IMG/VR virus record: IMGVR_UViG_3300031857_000027
Reading direction: 5' to 3' (one strand)
From: a virus
Length of the DNA stretch: 64,000 bases
Part shown: positions 26,872 to 36,309 of the stretch, in pieces
How the letters are laid out: every line of letters begins with the position of its first letter
Position numbering within the stretch: position 1 is the first letter of the stretch
Made by a program: the position numbers and the translations under genes
Notes under the pieces: model-generated
Told to the model about the DNA's origin: nothing
Database searches by the model: none
Seen by the model: the letters and a program-made list of their open reading frames with translations, nothing else

Positions 26872-28200
26872 CTAACGACCGACCTGCGGTAGGTACTTAG
26901 CCTTGGTCTCTTCCCACGATAGTTCAATTAAGTCATCATAAAACAGTGTTTCATAAGATACATTGTCTTTCTTCATCAACTGTTTGATACGACCTTTGGC
27001 ATGTTTGTCTCTCCAGATACCAACTAATGAATCGTAGTCAGTAGGAAAGGCCTTGACTAATTCACTTTCTTTGATTCGGTCACAAAGAAAATCGTTTGTG
27101 TTTGTATACAATGAACTAAAGTAAATGCCACGTGCATGTTCAGAACGAATGAGTTCTTTAGGCACTTTCAGTTGTGAATAAGTAAAGTTCAAAGAACGAT
27201 TCTTATGGTCACGTTTGTGTGGCTGACCACTTGGTTTTACCGCTTCATACCATTCAAAGTATTTGCGTGTGTGATTTTTTTTCAGCCATTCACGAATCTC
27301 ATATCGTGTATCTTTTTCTGGTTCAAATGAAACAGAACCAGAGGTGAAACCCATTGGCTGCCAATGATCTAGATTATCATACTGTGATAAACCACCCGCC
27401 TTAGTTTTACCATAAAGAGAAGTTGTGGTAACACCAACAAGCACATCACCATAAACTCTTTTCCAGATATTTTGCACTTCATCTGACAGACACAACAATG
27501 CTAGTAGTTTACCACCAACATAGTTGAAGCCTAGTGGTTGAAAAGGTACAATCGTAGAACCAATAGCAGTATGATTAATCATAGCACCTTGTGTCTTACG
27601 TTCACGTGACCAACCAATAAAGTTATCACGTGGTGTCAGATCAAGAAAATCTGATGAGATACAAATCACACCAAGATATTTACCAGTAACATCGTCTTTG
27701 ACAATAAAGTTTAGATTACGACCGATATTGGAATTGTTTTTCATCGTAGAGATGAATGTACGAATCGTATTCCAAGTTTCTGGTAGTTTCTTGTTTCTTT
27801 TCTTTGTGATTGTTACTGAAGAACCATCAATACCAGTTTTTGTAATTTCACCAGAATCATCGGTATACTCTAGAACAGGTTTAAGATTCAAATAGTCTTC
27901 AGCGGATTCTGGCACCCAAATATTTGATTTGACATCCTCAATAGATGCCGCTTGTGACAAATCAATTAGTTGTTTCTCAACACCAAACAATGTTGAAACT
28001 TCTCTACTAGGATATTTGTCTTGTACTTCACACCATTTCTGATACAAAGTATACTCTTTGACATCCATTTGTGAAACATAAGTCAACTCACGTATAACTT
28101 TTTCACGCAGGTAATCAACATCAATATCGGAAAAAGAACTGGCGGGATTTTTGTCCTGCCATTCTTGCCATTGTTGCTCTACAAATGTTTTCTCATCCAT
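26872..28200 (-). CDS. DUF4338 / Druantia DruA-like protein
   Basis: GRNLNFIVKD..TGKYLGVI, RDNFIGW, VPFQPLGFNYVGGKLLA, TTTSLYG, MGFTSG. Confidence 0.75.
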   Translation of the reverse strand: MDEKTFVEQQWQEWQDKNPASSFSDIDVDYLREKVIRELTYVSQMDVKEYTLYQKWCEVQDKYPSREVSTLFGVEKQLIDLSQAASIEDVKSNIWVPESAEDYLNLKPVLEYTDDSGEITKTGIDGSSVTITKKRNKKLPETWNTIRTFISTMKNNSNIGRNLNFIVKDDVTGKYLGVICISSDFLDLTPRDNFIGWSRERKTQGAMINHTAIGSTIVPFQPLGFNYVGGKLLALLCLSDEVQNIWKRVYGDVLVGVTTTSLYGKTKAGGLSQYDNLDHWQPMGFTSGSVSFEPEKDTRYEIREWLKKNHTRKYFEWYEAVKPSGQPHKRDHKNRSLNFTYSQLKVPKELIRSEHARGIYFSSLYTNTNDFLCDRIKESELVKAFPTDYDSLVGIWRDKHAKGRIKQLMKKDNVSYETLFYDDLIELSWEETKAKYLPQVGR

Positions 28201-28771
28201 TTTTTTTGCTATTACGAATAATTTTTTTCACAAGTTTAGTTGCTCTTTGTCTTGCCATTCTCAGTGCTACGGGCTTCACATAGTTCGTATAATGAATTCC
28301 ATTCATGTGGTCCATTTCATGCATAAAACAACGAGCCGTTAATCCATCAAGTCTCATTTCTTGTTTTTCACCATGCTCATTAAGAAATTCAACTTCAATC
28401 CAATCAGGTCTTTCTACATTTAAAAACAGACCTGGATAAGATAAGCATCCTTCTTTTTCTTTTACTTTATTGGCAGACATTATTTTTAGTTTAGGATTCA
28501 AGCATGTTAGTTGAAAGTCGTCCATACCAATAACAAACATTCTCTCAGCAACACCGCATTGGTTTGCAGACAATCCTAAACCAGAATACAATTTCATGGT
28601 AGTACGCAAACGTTTTGCCAAATGAACAATTGCGGGATTAGGAAAGTCTCCTTTATACTCAGGTATAGGAACACTCAACATAAAGTAATCTTCACCATGT
28701 ACAGGCAAAGGATTTACTTTCTCTATTTGTTGTAAGCCAGCGGCAGTATCAATTGTTAGTATCTCACTCAT
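28193..28771 (-). CDS. def: Peptide deformylase
   Basis: GLGLSANQ, EGCLS, HEMDH. Confidence 0.95.
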   Translation of the reverse strand: MSEILTIDTAAGLQQIEKVNPLPVHGEDYFMLSVPIPEYKGDFPNPAIVHLAKRLRTTMKLYSGLGLSANQCGVAERMFVIGMDDFQLTCLNPKLKIMSANKVKEKEGCLSYPGLFLNVERPDWIEVEFLNEHGEKQEMRLDGLTARCFMHEMDHMNGIHYTNYVKPVALRMARQRATKLVKKIIRNSKKNG

Positions 28772-30474
28772 TTCACCATCCTTGAAAAATTTTTGACTTT
28801 CTCAAATTTAATTGTATTTGCAAACTTATCTTGTAGTATGTCACCTTTATGGCTGATGACAAACAGATTTACACCTTCAAGTGTATGTAATATCTTCATC
28901 AAGTCTTCTGTGCCACTTGTATCTAAACTTGAATCAAACACTTCATCAAGTATCAATAGATTGGTATTGGTGGAGTTCTTTAGTTTTGCAACTGCTCTCC
29001 ATGTCAACATCAATGCCATATCAATACGCTGTTTCTCACCTTCTGAAAAATTATGGTAAGAAAATTCATCACGATGCCTAGACTTAATTGTTTCTTTGAA
29101 TGACTCATCAAGATTGAAGTTCACAAAGAAATCCATACTTGTCAGATACTTGTTCACCAATTTGTTTATTACTGGCAAATATTGCTTGATGATGTTTGTT
29201 TTGATGCCGGTATCTTTCAACAATGAAGAAGCAACATCGTAATATGCTTTATCATCCAACAACTGCTTCAGTTCATCTTGTGCTTGTTCAACCTCTTTCT
29301 TGATGGTATCTAATTCATCCTCATCAACGTCTTCTTTTGGCTTTTGTATTTGTTTGATTTGTTTTTCTAGTTTGATAATTGAATCATTCAAACCTTTGAC
29401 ACCAGTCTGTGTTGTCGCCAATTGAATGCGTACATTTGATAGTTCTTTTTCTTTTTCACGCAGTTCAGCAACTACATTTTCTTGATCTGTAATTTTTGTT
29501 TGTAATTCCGTCAAAGCACTAGCAAGTTCGTGTTCTTTTGTGCCAAGTTCTGTGAGTTGCCCTTCTTTAAACTCCATGGTAATGGCCTGCCTACAGGTTG
29601 GGCAATCAGCATTGTGTTCATAGAAACTTCTATCATTTCCCACTTTGGATATCTTGCTCTCAATTTGTGACTCAACTTTTTTAAACGCAGTAATCTTCTT
29701 TTCATTTTCAGGAATTTTAGCACAGACTTCGGATAAGGTCTGCTTGGTTTGTTCCAAGCTGTCAATGTCACCATGTAAGGTGCGAATGGTTTCTCTGTGC
29801 AGAAGTATCTCTTCCTCATATTCTTTTACCTTTGCTTCATTATCTTGATTGAGTTTATCTTGATGCTCTTTCTTCAATTGATACTTCTGCATCAACAAAG
29901 ATATATCACTCTTTTTTGCTACCGTCAGGTCTTTATTGTTTGACAATCTTTCTTTGATTAGACCATTCATTGTAGAGAAAATCTGAATGTCTAACAAGTC
30001 TTCAATAATTGCTCTACGGTCGGCAGAAGACAACTGCATGAACGGCGTAAACGATGCTGAACCAAGAATAACGATCTGTGTGAAAGACTTGTAGTTTAGT
30101 TTGAGAATAAACCTCTCTAGGTAGTCTTGATAATCTCTTACAGCCGCATCTTGATTCAGCAAAACTTTATCTTGGTAGATTTCAAAGATGTTTGGTTTGA
30201 TACCACGAACAATCTTGAACTCTTTGCTACCAATTGAAAACTCTATTTCAACTACAGCATCCCGATTGTTGATTGAGTTTACAAGATTTGGTTTGTTAAT
30301 TGCACGAAAAGGTTTACCAAACAAACCAAAACACAAGGCGTCAAGCATCGTTGACTTACCAGAGCCATTCGTACCTACAATTAATGTATTAGCGTTACTG
30401 TTTAGTGCTATTTCGGTAAAGTAATTACCGGTACTTAACAGATTTTTCCAACGCAGTGTTTTAAATAATATCAT
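28768..30474 (-). CDS. 46: Recombination endonuclease ATPase subunit gp46 (Rad50/SbcC-like)
   Basis: GTNGSGKS, coiled coil with CPTC hook, FSEGE, LDEVFD, ISH. Confidence 0.97.
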   Translation of the reverse strand: MILFKTLRWKNLLSTGNYFTEIALNSNANTLIVGTNGSGKSTMLDALCFGLFGKPFRAINKPNLVNSINNRDAVVEIEFSIGSKEFKIVRGIKPNIFEIYQDKVLLNQDAAVRDYQDYLERFILKLNYKSFTQIVILGSASFTPFMQLSSADRRAIIEDLLDIQIFSTMNGLIKERLSNNKDLTVAKKSDISLLMQKYQLKKEHQDKLNQDNEAKVKEYEEEILLHRETIRTLHGDIDSLEQTKQTLSEVCAKIPENEKKITAFKKVESQIESKISKVGNDRSFYEHNADCPTCRQAITMEFKEGQLTELGTKEHELASALTELQTKITDQENVVAELREKEKELSNVRIQLATTQTGVKGLNDSIIKLEKQIKQIQKPKEDVDEDELDTIKKEVEQAQDELKQLLDDKAYYDVASSLLKDTGIKTNIIKQYLPVINKLVNKYLTSMDFFVNFNLDESFKETIKSRHRDEFSYHNFSEGEKQRIDMALMLTWRAVAKLKNSTNTNLLILDEVFDSSLDTSGTEDLMKILHTLEGVNLFVISHKGDILQDKFANTIKFEKVKNFSRMVK

Positions 30475-31547
30475 TCAGTAGTGGTACTCAGTGCCTCAAC
30501 ATAAAGTTCCTGCATAATACTTTTTAGTTTAACAGGCTCTACATTGATTGTCAAGTTATCGATATACTTTGAAAGTATTGTCATGGTATCTTCTGCCTGA
30601 TCAACTAATTCTTGGTCAATATCAGTTGTTGTATCGGTGAAATCTTCAACGACAGATATATCGGCAGCACCGGCTTTGTATATACTATCAATCACAATGT
30701 CAAACAAAAATGGATTTAGTTTGTTGATCACAACCACCTTGACATAACAACCCTCATAGATCGAATAGTCCATGAATGTTGGTTTATAACCTTCAGCGAA
30801 ATTTTCTAGTTCATCATTATAATTTAACTTGTAAAACATTCTGTATGGGTTCTTGACAAACTCTTGTTCACGGGTATGTGTGTCAAAGATGACAAAGCCA
30901 CGTGGGTCATTATAATCTGCCCATGTCATTTCATTTGGTGAACCAACGTAGTAAATGTGTCCATCATCAGAACGATGATGAAAATGACCAGACAAAACTA
31001 TATCATACTTGTTAAACAGTGCCTTGTCAATACCCTCATGGCAAATATTACCACGATCCATTTCAAAGCCTGCTATTTCAAAATGACCAAAAACGATTTG
31101 TGATTTGGAGTCTTTTAGTCTTTGAGTGATTTCAACTTCGTTATCGTCACATATCCAAGGTACCAGGTCAATATCAATGCCGCCAAACTGCATTGTAGTA
31201 AAAGTATCCAGTACAGTAACATTATCATAACCGTTTAGAAGTAACTTTGAGGAGTTAACCTGAAGGGTGTTTTTGAAAGCGACATCATGGTTACCAAGGA
31301 ATGTGATGAACGTGATGCCATTTTCTTGTAGTTTATCAAAGAAATATTTACGACATAGATAGAGTGAATTGAAGTTAATAAACTTACGGCGGTCGAAAAG
31401 ATCACCAAGTTGTACAACGGTTGTAACATTGTGATCCTTTAAGTAGGGGAAGAACACGTTATCGTAGAACTTCTCTATGTATTTATGAAAGTCTAAAGAA
31501 TCACCTCTCATACCGAAGTGAGTATCACCAAGCACACATATTTTCAT
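30471..31547 (-). CDS. 47: Recombination endonuclease subunit gp47 (Mre11/SbcD-like)
   Basis: DTHFG, GDLFD, GNHD, GHFH. Confidence 0.96.
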   Translation of the reverse strand: MKICVLGDTHFGMRGDSLDFHKYIEKFYDNVFFPYLKDHNVTTVVQLGDLFDRRKFINFNSLYLCRKYFFDKLQENGITFITFLGNHDVAFKNTLQVNSSKLLLNGYDNVTVLDTFTTMQFGGIDIDLVPWICDDNEVEITQRLKDSKSQIVFGHFEIAGFEMDRGNICHEGIDKALFNKYDIVLSGHFHHRSDDGHIYYVGSPNEMTWADYNDPRGFVIFDTHTREQEFVKNPYRMFYKLNYNDELENFAEGYKPTFMDYSIYEGCYVKVVVINKLNPFLFDIVIDSIYKAGAADISVVEDFTDTTTDIDQELVDQAEDTMTILSKYIDNLTINVEPVKLKSIMQELYVEALSTTTE

Positions 31548-31551
31548 AATA

Positions 31552-32091
31552 TTACTCTACATCATCATCTAGAAATTGTTCAAGACCCTCCGACTTCTTT
31601 TCTTTTTTCTTTTTCTTATTTTCCTCAAAGTTATGAATGAACTCTGAGATGTTATCATACAACTCAAACTGCTTCATGTTACCATTTTCATCTTCATACA
31701 TCTCACCCTCATCAAGCAAACCAAACTGTTGTGTGGCTTTATACTTCACATACAGTTGCTTCTTCTCACGCATAATTCTACGCAGAAAAGCATAGTAAAT
31801 TATCTGTGTGAAGTAAGCAAATGGATTCTTTGATTTGGCAGGATCAAAGTTACGAAAATACATCAGACAGTTTTCAACACCATCTGATATCATCTCATCA
31901 CGGTATGTGTATGAAATAAAGTTTGGCTTACGTGATAGGTGTTCTGCAATCTTTAGAAAGCATTCGCCAATGTAATCTGGTATCTTTGGCTCTGGTTTAT
32001 TTTCTTCTTTAGCAGTGGCACATTCTGTACGATACTTAACAAGTGCTGCTAGAAAATCTGCATTATTAACGTAATGATTTGCTGTTGTCAT
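31552..32091 (-). CDS. 55: Late-transcription sigma factor gp55
   Basis: HYVNN, KIAEHLS, NF..YTY..EMISDG, NPFAYFTQI. Confidence 0.96.
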   Translation of the reverse strand: MTTANHYVNNADFLAALVKYRTECATAKEENKPEPKIPDYIGECFLKIAEHLSRKPNFISYTYRDEMISDGVENCLMYFRNFDPAKSKNPFAYFTQIIYYAFLRRIMREKKQLYVKYKATQQFGLLDEGEMYEDENGNMKQFELYDNISEFIHNFEENKKKKKEKKSEGLEQFLDDDVE

Positions 32092-33023
32092 TATACATTA
32101 CCGTAAATGTTATTCTTCAAGTATGTATAGCCCTTGATAAGTTCTTCTACACCATCATCTAGTGTATGATAAGGTGCCCAACCTGTTGATTCTAGTTTTT
32201 CATTTGACACAATATAGTTACGTTGATCTGGGTCTTTTTTGATATCACCCCCTACCACTGTGAAAGTAGGAATATGTTTCTTGATAATGTCACAGAGTTC
32301 TAGTTTAGATACATTTGCCGATGACAAACCTACATTATAGATATTGCTCTTCATGTAATCAAACTGAAAGAGTGCATGTAAGAATGCTTCACATACATCA
32401 CGTACATGAATGTAGTTACGTTTGAAATGACCTTCAAAGATAATTACATAGCCATCATTGACTGCACGATAGACCAAATCATTTACTAGTAAGTCTGAAC
32501 GCATACGTGGTGACATACCAAACACGGTAGCAAGACGGTAACTGATTGAGTTCTCACGCTCCATCAATCTTTCTTCTACTGCAACCTTATCAATCGCATA
32601 CTTAGAGATTGGCCGCAGTGGTGATTCTTCTGTGCAGAAATTGTTTTCATCACCTGTGCCATATGCTGAATTGGTTGTAGGCATAATGATACGCTGTTCA
32701 TTTGAAACAGCATTTAACATCCAGAACATTGCATCTTTGTTTGTCGTGTCTGCACCAACAACATCTTTATTACACAGCGGCGCACCAACAAGTGCTGCAA
32801 GTGGTATAACAACATCTGCTTTTTTCAACAGAGGCGTCATATGATATGGATTACGAATGTCTCCATTTACAATGGTAAGTTTTTTGTTTTCACAAAGATG
32901 ATTCAGTCCAGTTTGCTTGTACATGAAGTTGTCAATGACAGTCACTTCATGTCCTGTCTGAAGTAAATACTCTGTTAAAATGCAGCCAATATAGCCAGCG
33001 CCGCCAGTCACCAATATGTTCAT
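32091..33023 (-). CDS. NAD-dependent epimerase/dehydratase/reductase (extended SDR)
   Basis: TGGAGYIG, YxxxK (YAIDK), RLATVFG, RNYIHVRD. Confidence 0.92.
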   Translation of the reverse strand: MNILVTGGAGYIGCILTEYLLQTGHEVTVIDNFMYKQTGLNHLCENKKLTIVNGDIRNPYHMTPLLKKADVVIPLAALVGAPLCNKDVVGADTTNKDAMFWMLNAVSNEQRIIMPTTNSAYGTGDENNFCTEESPLRPISKYAIDKVAVEERLMERENSISYRLATVFGMSPRMRSDLLVNDLVYRAVNDGYVIIFEGHFKRNYIHVRDVCEAFLHALFQFDYMKSNIYNVGLSSANVSKLELCDIIKKHIPTFTVVGGDIKKDPDQRNYIVSNEKLESTGWAPYHTLDDGVEELIKGYTYLKNNIYGNV

Positions 33024-33024
33024 A

Positions 33025-34206
33025 TTATACCCTATTCAGTACAGTTGTGATTTCGTCAATTGCCATCTTACTTAATGTTGGATAGTTACCAATGTAGAAC
33101 GAATAAAAGTGCATGTGATCAGTGTTTGGAAAGTTCTTGTAATGATCTTCTGGCACAATGTTCTTCAAGTATGGTTGACGCAGTTGATTGCCGCCACCAG
33201 CAGAACCACGACGAAACTCAATTTGTTCATCACGCATCTTACCCATCAATCTTTGAGCAAACTCTTTGTTTGCATACTCTGGCTGCAATACAATGTTAAA
33301 GGCATAGTTGCTGCAACCAATCAATCTAAAATCAACCTTATACTTTTTCTGGTCTAGTTTAGCCAAAAAGTAAAATAGATTCTCATTACGTAGTCTAACA
33401 TTTTCATCCAAATGTTTCAACTGATTTTGACCAAGTATACCGCCAATCTCATTGTTACGCATGTTGTATGCTGGATAGGCAAAGATAAAGTCAGAGTTCA
33501 ACTCAGGGTACTCTGCCTTATACTTCTCGGACATTTCTTCTGATGCACACTCACGAACCATACCGTGTGAACGAAGCATACGAACTGTGTGATATACTTC
33601 AGGGTCGTTTGTACATACCATACCACCTTCAATGGTAGACATGTGATGTGCAAAGTAGAAAGAGAAGTTAGACATCCAACCATAACTACCCAACAGTTTA
33701 CCGTTGTGTGTTGCACCATGTGATTCACAGACATCTTCAATCAAAGGTATGCTACGATGACGTAGAACTTCCAATACTCTGTCAGATAAACAATCAAAAC
33801 CTTGTGCATACGTAATAAACACTGCTCTTGTTTTATCAGTGATTGCATTGAGTATGCCAAAATCATTCATGCCAAGTGTATCCAAATCAATGTCAACAAA
33901 TACTGGTGTGAAACCACATTGAATAATAGATGCGATATCAGATACCCATGTGAATGGTGGCACAATCACTTCACCACCTTCTGGATGTTTGATCTTCAAC
34001 ATTGTCATTGACAATAGATTAGCAGAAGCACCTGAGTTGACAAACACAGAATATTTTACACCAAGCCATTTACTCCATGCTTCTTCAAAAGCACGGCACT
34101 CAGGACCATTTGTAAGTTTAGGATTATCTTTTTTAAGATGTTCTATTACCAAATCTAAATCTTCTCTAGTAATATTGTCTGACATTAAAGGATACTTCAT
34201 TCTCAC
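33025..34206 (-). CDS. PLP/PMP-dependent DegT-fold enzyme, ColD-type sugar 3-dehydratase
   Basis: VNSGASAN, EDVCESHGA, SFYFAHHMSTIEGG with His at the usual Schiff-base Lys position. Confidence 0.8.
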   Translation of the reverse strand: MRMKYPLMSDNITREDLDLVIEHLKKDNPKLTNGPECRAFEEAWSKWLGVKYSVFVNSGASANLLSMTMLKIKHPEGGEVIVPPFTWVSDIASIIQCGFTPVFVDIDLDTLGMNDFGILNAITDKTRAVFITYAQGFDCLSDRVLEVLRHRSIPLIEDVCESHGATHNGKLLGSYGWMSNFSFYFAHHMSTIEGGMVCTNDPEVYHTVRMLRSHGMVRECASEEMSEKYKAEYPELNSDFIFAYPAYNMRNNEIGGILGQNQLKHLDENVRLRNENLFYFLAKLDQKKYKVDFRLIGCSNYAFNIVLQPEYANKEFAQRLMGKMRDEQIEFRRGSAGGGNQLRQPYLKNIVPEDHYKNFPNTDHMHFYSFYIGNYPTLSKMAIDEITTVLNRV

Positions 34207-35186
34207 TCCATTATAATTTTAGAGCCTTCAAAATCAAATCTGAAGGGCACCCATACATTAATTTCTGGTATTGCTTGTCTTATCTTCTCATGTGCATCAG
34301 GCGGTGCAAGAAACATAAAGAATCCACCACCACCCGCACCCATCAATTTACCACCGTATGCACCAGCATTCATTGCTTTATTGTATATTGTATCTATGTA
34401 ACTAGTTGTAACACTATCCGTGAGTTCTCTTTTCCGTTTCCACTGATAGTCTAACAACTCACCTATGTTTTCTATTTTACCATGATTTTCAAAAATATAC
34501 AATGCATTATTTGTGACTGAAGTTATTTCTTCCAATAACTTTGTAGACTTACCCTCTTTGATAGCATCAATTTGGTGTTTGGCGTGAACACTTGAAAATC
34601 TATCAATGCCTGAAAAACCTAGCATGATATGTTCTTCTAGGTTGAGTGTATAATCATCTTTAATTCTTAGGTCACGAACATTGATACCCTCATCAGATAA
34701 TTCAATGACACGAATGCCACCATAAGCCGCCATGATTTGGTCTTGTACACCAACAGACTCACCAATACAGTTCTGTTCTATATTGATAGCATCAATTGCA
34801 AGACCATACGGCGTTGGCAATTTTTTCTTTGAAGCCAGTATGGCGTGAATCAATCCAACAGTAAATGAAGAACTTGATCCAATGCCTGAACGAGCAGGTA
34901 AATCGCCGTCATGGCTAATAGAAATCCCATTAGGTATATCATAGTATTTCAAACACTCCCTTACAGAAGGATGATCTATTTGTGAAATATCTGATACGCT
35001 TTCAATTTTAGAATAGATAACTCTATTCACATAGTCAAAGTAAGGCGGTAACTTCTTTAAACTTATATAGCAGTAGTGTGCCATGGCAGCAGATATGACC
35101 TTAGAAGGTCTGTTTTGATACCATGCTGGATAATCTGTACCACCACCAAACAAAGAAAGACGATAAGGAGTTCTAGATATAATCAT
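34203..35186 (-). CDS. GHMP sugar kinase, HddA (heptose-7-phosphate kinase)-like
   Basis: RLSLFGGGTDYP, LPARSGIGSSS, GVQDQ, GGKLMGAGGGGF. Confidence 0.88.
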   Translation of the reverse strand: MIISRTPYRLSLFGGGTDYPAWYQNRPSKVISAAMAHYCYISLKKLPPYFDYVNRVIYSKIESVSDISQIDHPSVRECLKYYDIPNGISISHDGDLPARSGIGSSSSFTVGLIHAILASKKKLPTPYGLAIDAINIEQNCIGESVGVQDQIMAAYGGIRVIELSDEGINVRDLRIKDDYTLNLEEHIMLGFSGIDRFSSVHAKHQIDAIKEGKSTKLLEEITSVTNNALYIFENHGKIENIGELLDYQWKRKRELTDSVTTSYIDTIYNKAMNAGAYGGKLMGAGGGGFFMFLAPPDAHEKIRQAIPEINVWVPFRFDFEGSKIIME

Positions 35187-35713
35187 TTTTCGTTATAGTA
35201 GTCTCCGTACTCTACAAGTATCGTAGCAATACCATCTTTTCTTTCATATGCCTTTGTATATGCAGGCATAATATCTTCTGGTTCTTCTAGTCTTATCACA
35301 TCAACATTTTCACACAACATTCTAAAAGCATCGGTGTAATCACCGACATGTTGGTGTTGTGGGTGCAAAGGTCTTTCTGAGCCAATACTTGTACGAATGA
35401 TGATACGTGGTTTGTAATCAGACATCATCGTAATTTTATCAACATGATTGACAAGTTGATTTGTTGCACAGATTAAAAAATTCCATCGTGGATAAATGCT
35501 CACAGGAATAAAACCAGCAAGTGCAAGACCAAGTGTCATACCCATTTGTGTGTCTTCAAACACAGGCATTTCTAACAACTGTTCTTTTGGTACATCTTTC
35601 AATGTGTTTGTCATGGCAGTGCCAGCATACTCAACTGCTTGACCCATGAACATTACACGTGAATCTTTTGACAGCATCTCCATTGCTGCTTTGAGTTCTT
35701 CAAAGTATTTCAA
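35183..35713 (-). CDS. ThDP-dependent enzyme, E1-beta/transketolase Pyr domain only
   Basis: GQAV, EMPVFEDTQMG...GLAL.G, NQLVN, HPQHQH; only 176 aa. Confidence 0.82.
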   Translation of the reverse strand: MKYFEELKAAMEMLSKDSRVMFMGQAVEYAGTAMTNTLKDVPKEQLLEMPVFEDTQMGMTLGLALAGFIPVSIYPRWNFLICATNQLVNHVDKITMMSDYKPRIIIRTSIGSERPLHPQHQHVGDYTDAFRMLCENVDVIRLEEPEDIMPAYTKAYERKDGIATILVEYGDYYNEK

Positions 35714-36309
35714 AATTGCACCCTCATTCCTGCACCAGCATGTGGATATTTGGTTTCATATTCATAGTAATAAATGTATTCTTGGTCAAGATGTTTGTAT
35801 AATGATTGATTTAAACCCCATGTCTTCATCGTGTCTGTACACACTGACTTACCATTGTCTTCAACAATAAACTTGATAGGCAAATTATTAGCCATGCTGT
35901 ACTTTAAGTTCTCAGAAAAGACGCCCGATTCAGCAGTCATGTCACCAACAAAACAATAAACTTTTGTATCAATCTTTTTTCTCTTCATAGCCATTGCAGC
36001 ACCAACAGCAATTGGTATGTTACCACCAACGATTGCTGATGAGTAGATATTGAATTCTGGATAGCACAGTGAAATTGATTTGCCTTCCAAAATATCTTTT
36101 TCTATTTGTTCTGGTGGTACACCTTTCAGCAAACATTGATAGTGTGAACGCCATGAACAGAACACCCAATCTTTTGAACGAATATCTTTAAAGATTTTAA
36201 TCAGTTCATTTTCATTGCCATAGTAAAGATGAATTGGCGCACGAATACGAGCATTATTAAAATGCTCTGCCATCTTCTCTTCAAATTCTATAAGTTCTTG
36301 CTTAGTCAC
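35710..36309 (-). CDS. ThDP-dependent enzyme, E1-alpha-like PP domain
   Basis: HLYYGNE, WRSHY, AIVGG, ThDP motif GDMTAESG...EDN. Confidence 0.85.
   Translation of the reverse strand: MTKQELIEFEEKMAEHFNNARIRAPIHLYYGNENELIKIFKDIRSKDWVFCSWRSHYQCLLKGVPPEQIEKDILEGKSISLCYPEFNIYSSAIVGGNIPIAVGAAMAMKRKKIDTKVYCFVGDMTAESGVFSENLKYSMANNLPIKFIVEDNGKSVCTDTMKTWGLNQSLYKHLDQEYIYYYEYETKYPHAGAGMRVQF

Noticed and set aside
26872-28200. Complete Druantia defence system
   Set aside because: Only a DruA-like gene is present in the window
33025-34206. Ordinary DegT sugar aminotransferase, or Fe-S-dependent E1 (RfbH)
   Set aside because: The catalytic Lys is replaced by His, and the Cys-rich Fe-S motif of E1 is not evident, so ColD-type is preferred
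35183-36309. Pyruvate dehydrogenase as a central-metabolism auxiliary gene
   Set aside because: Both subunits are much shorter than true E1 alpha/beta, no E2/E3 is present, and the context is sugar-nucleotide enzymes
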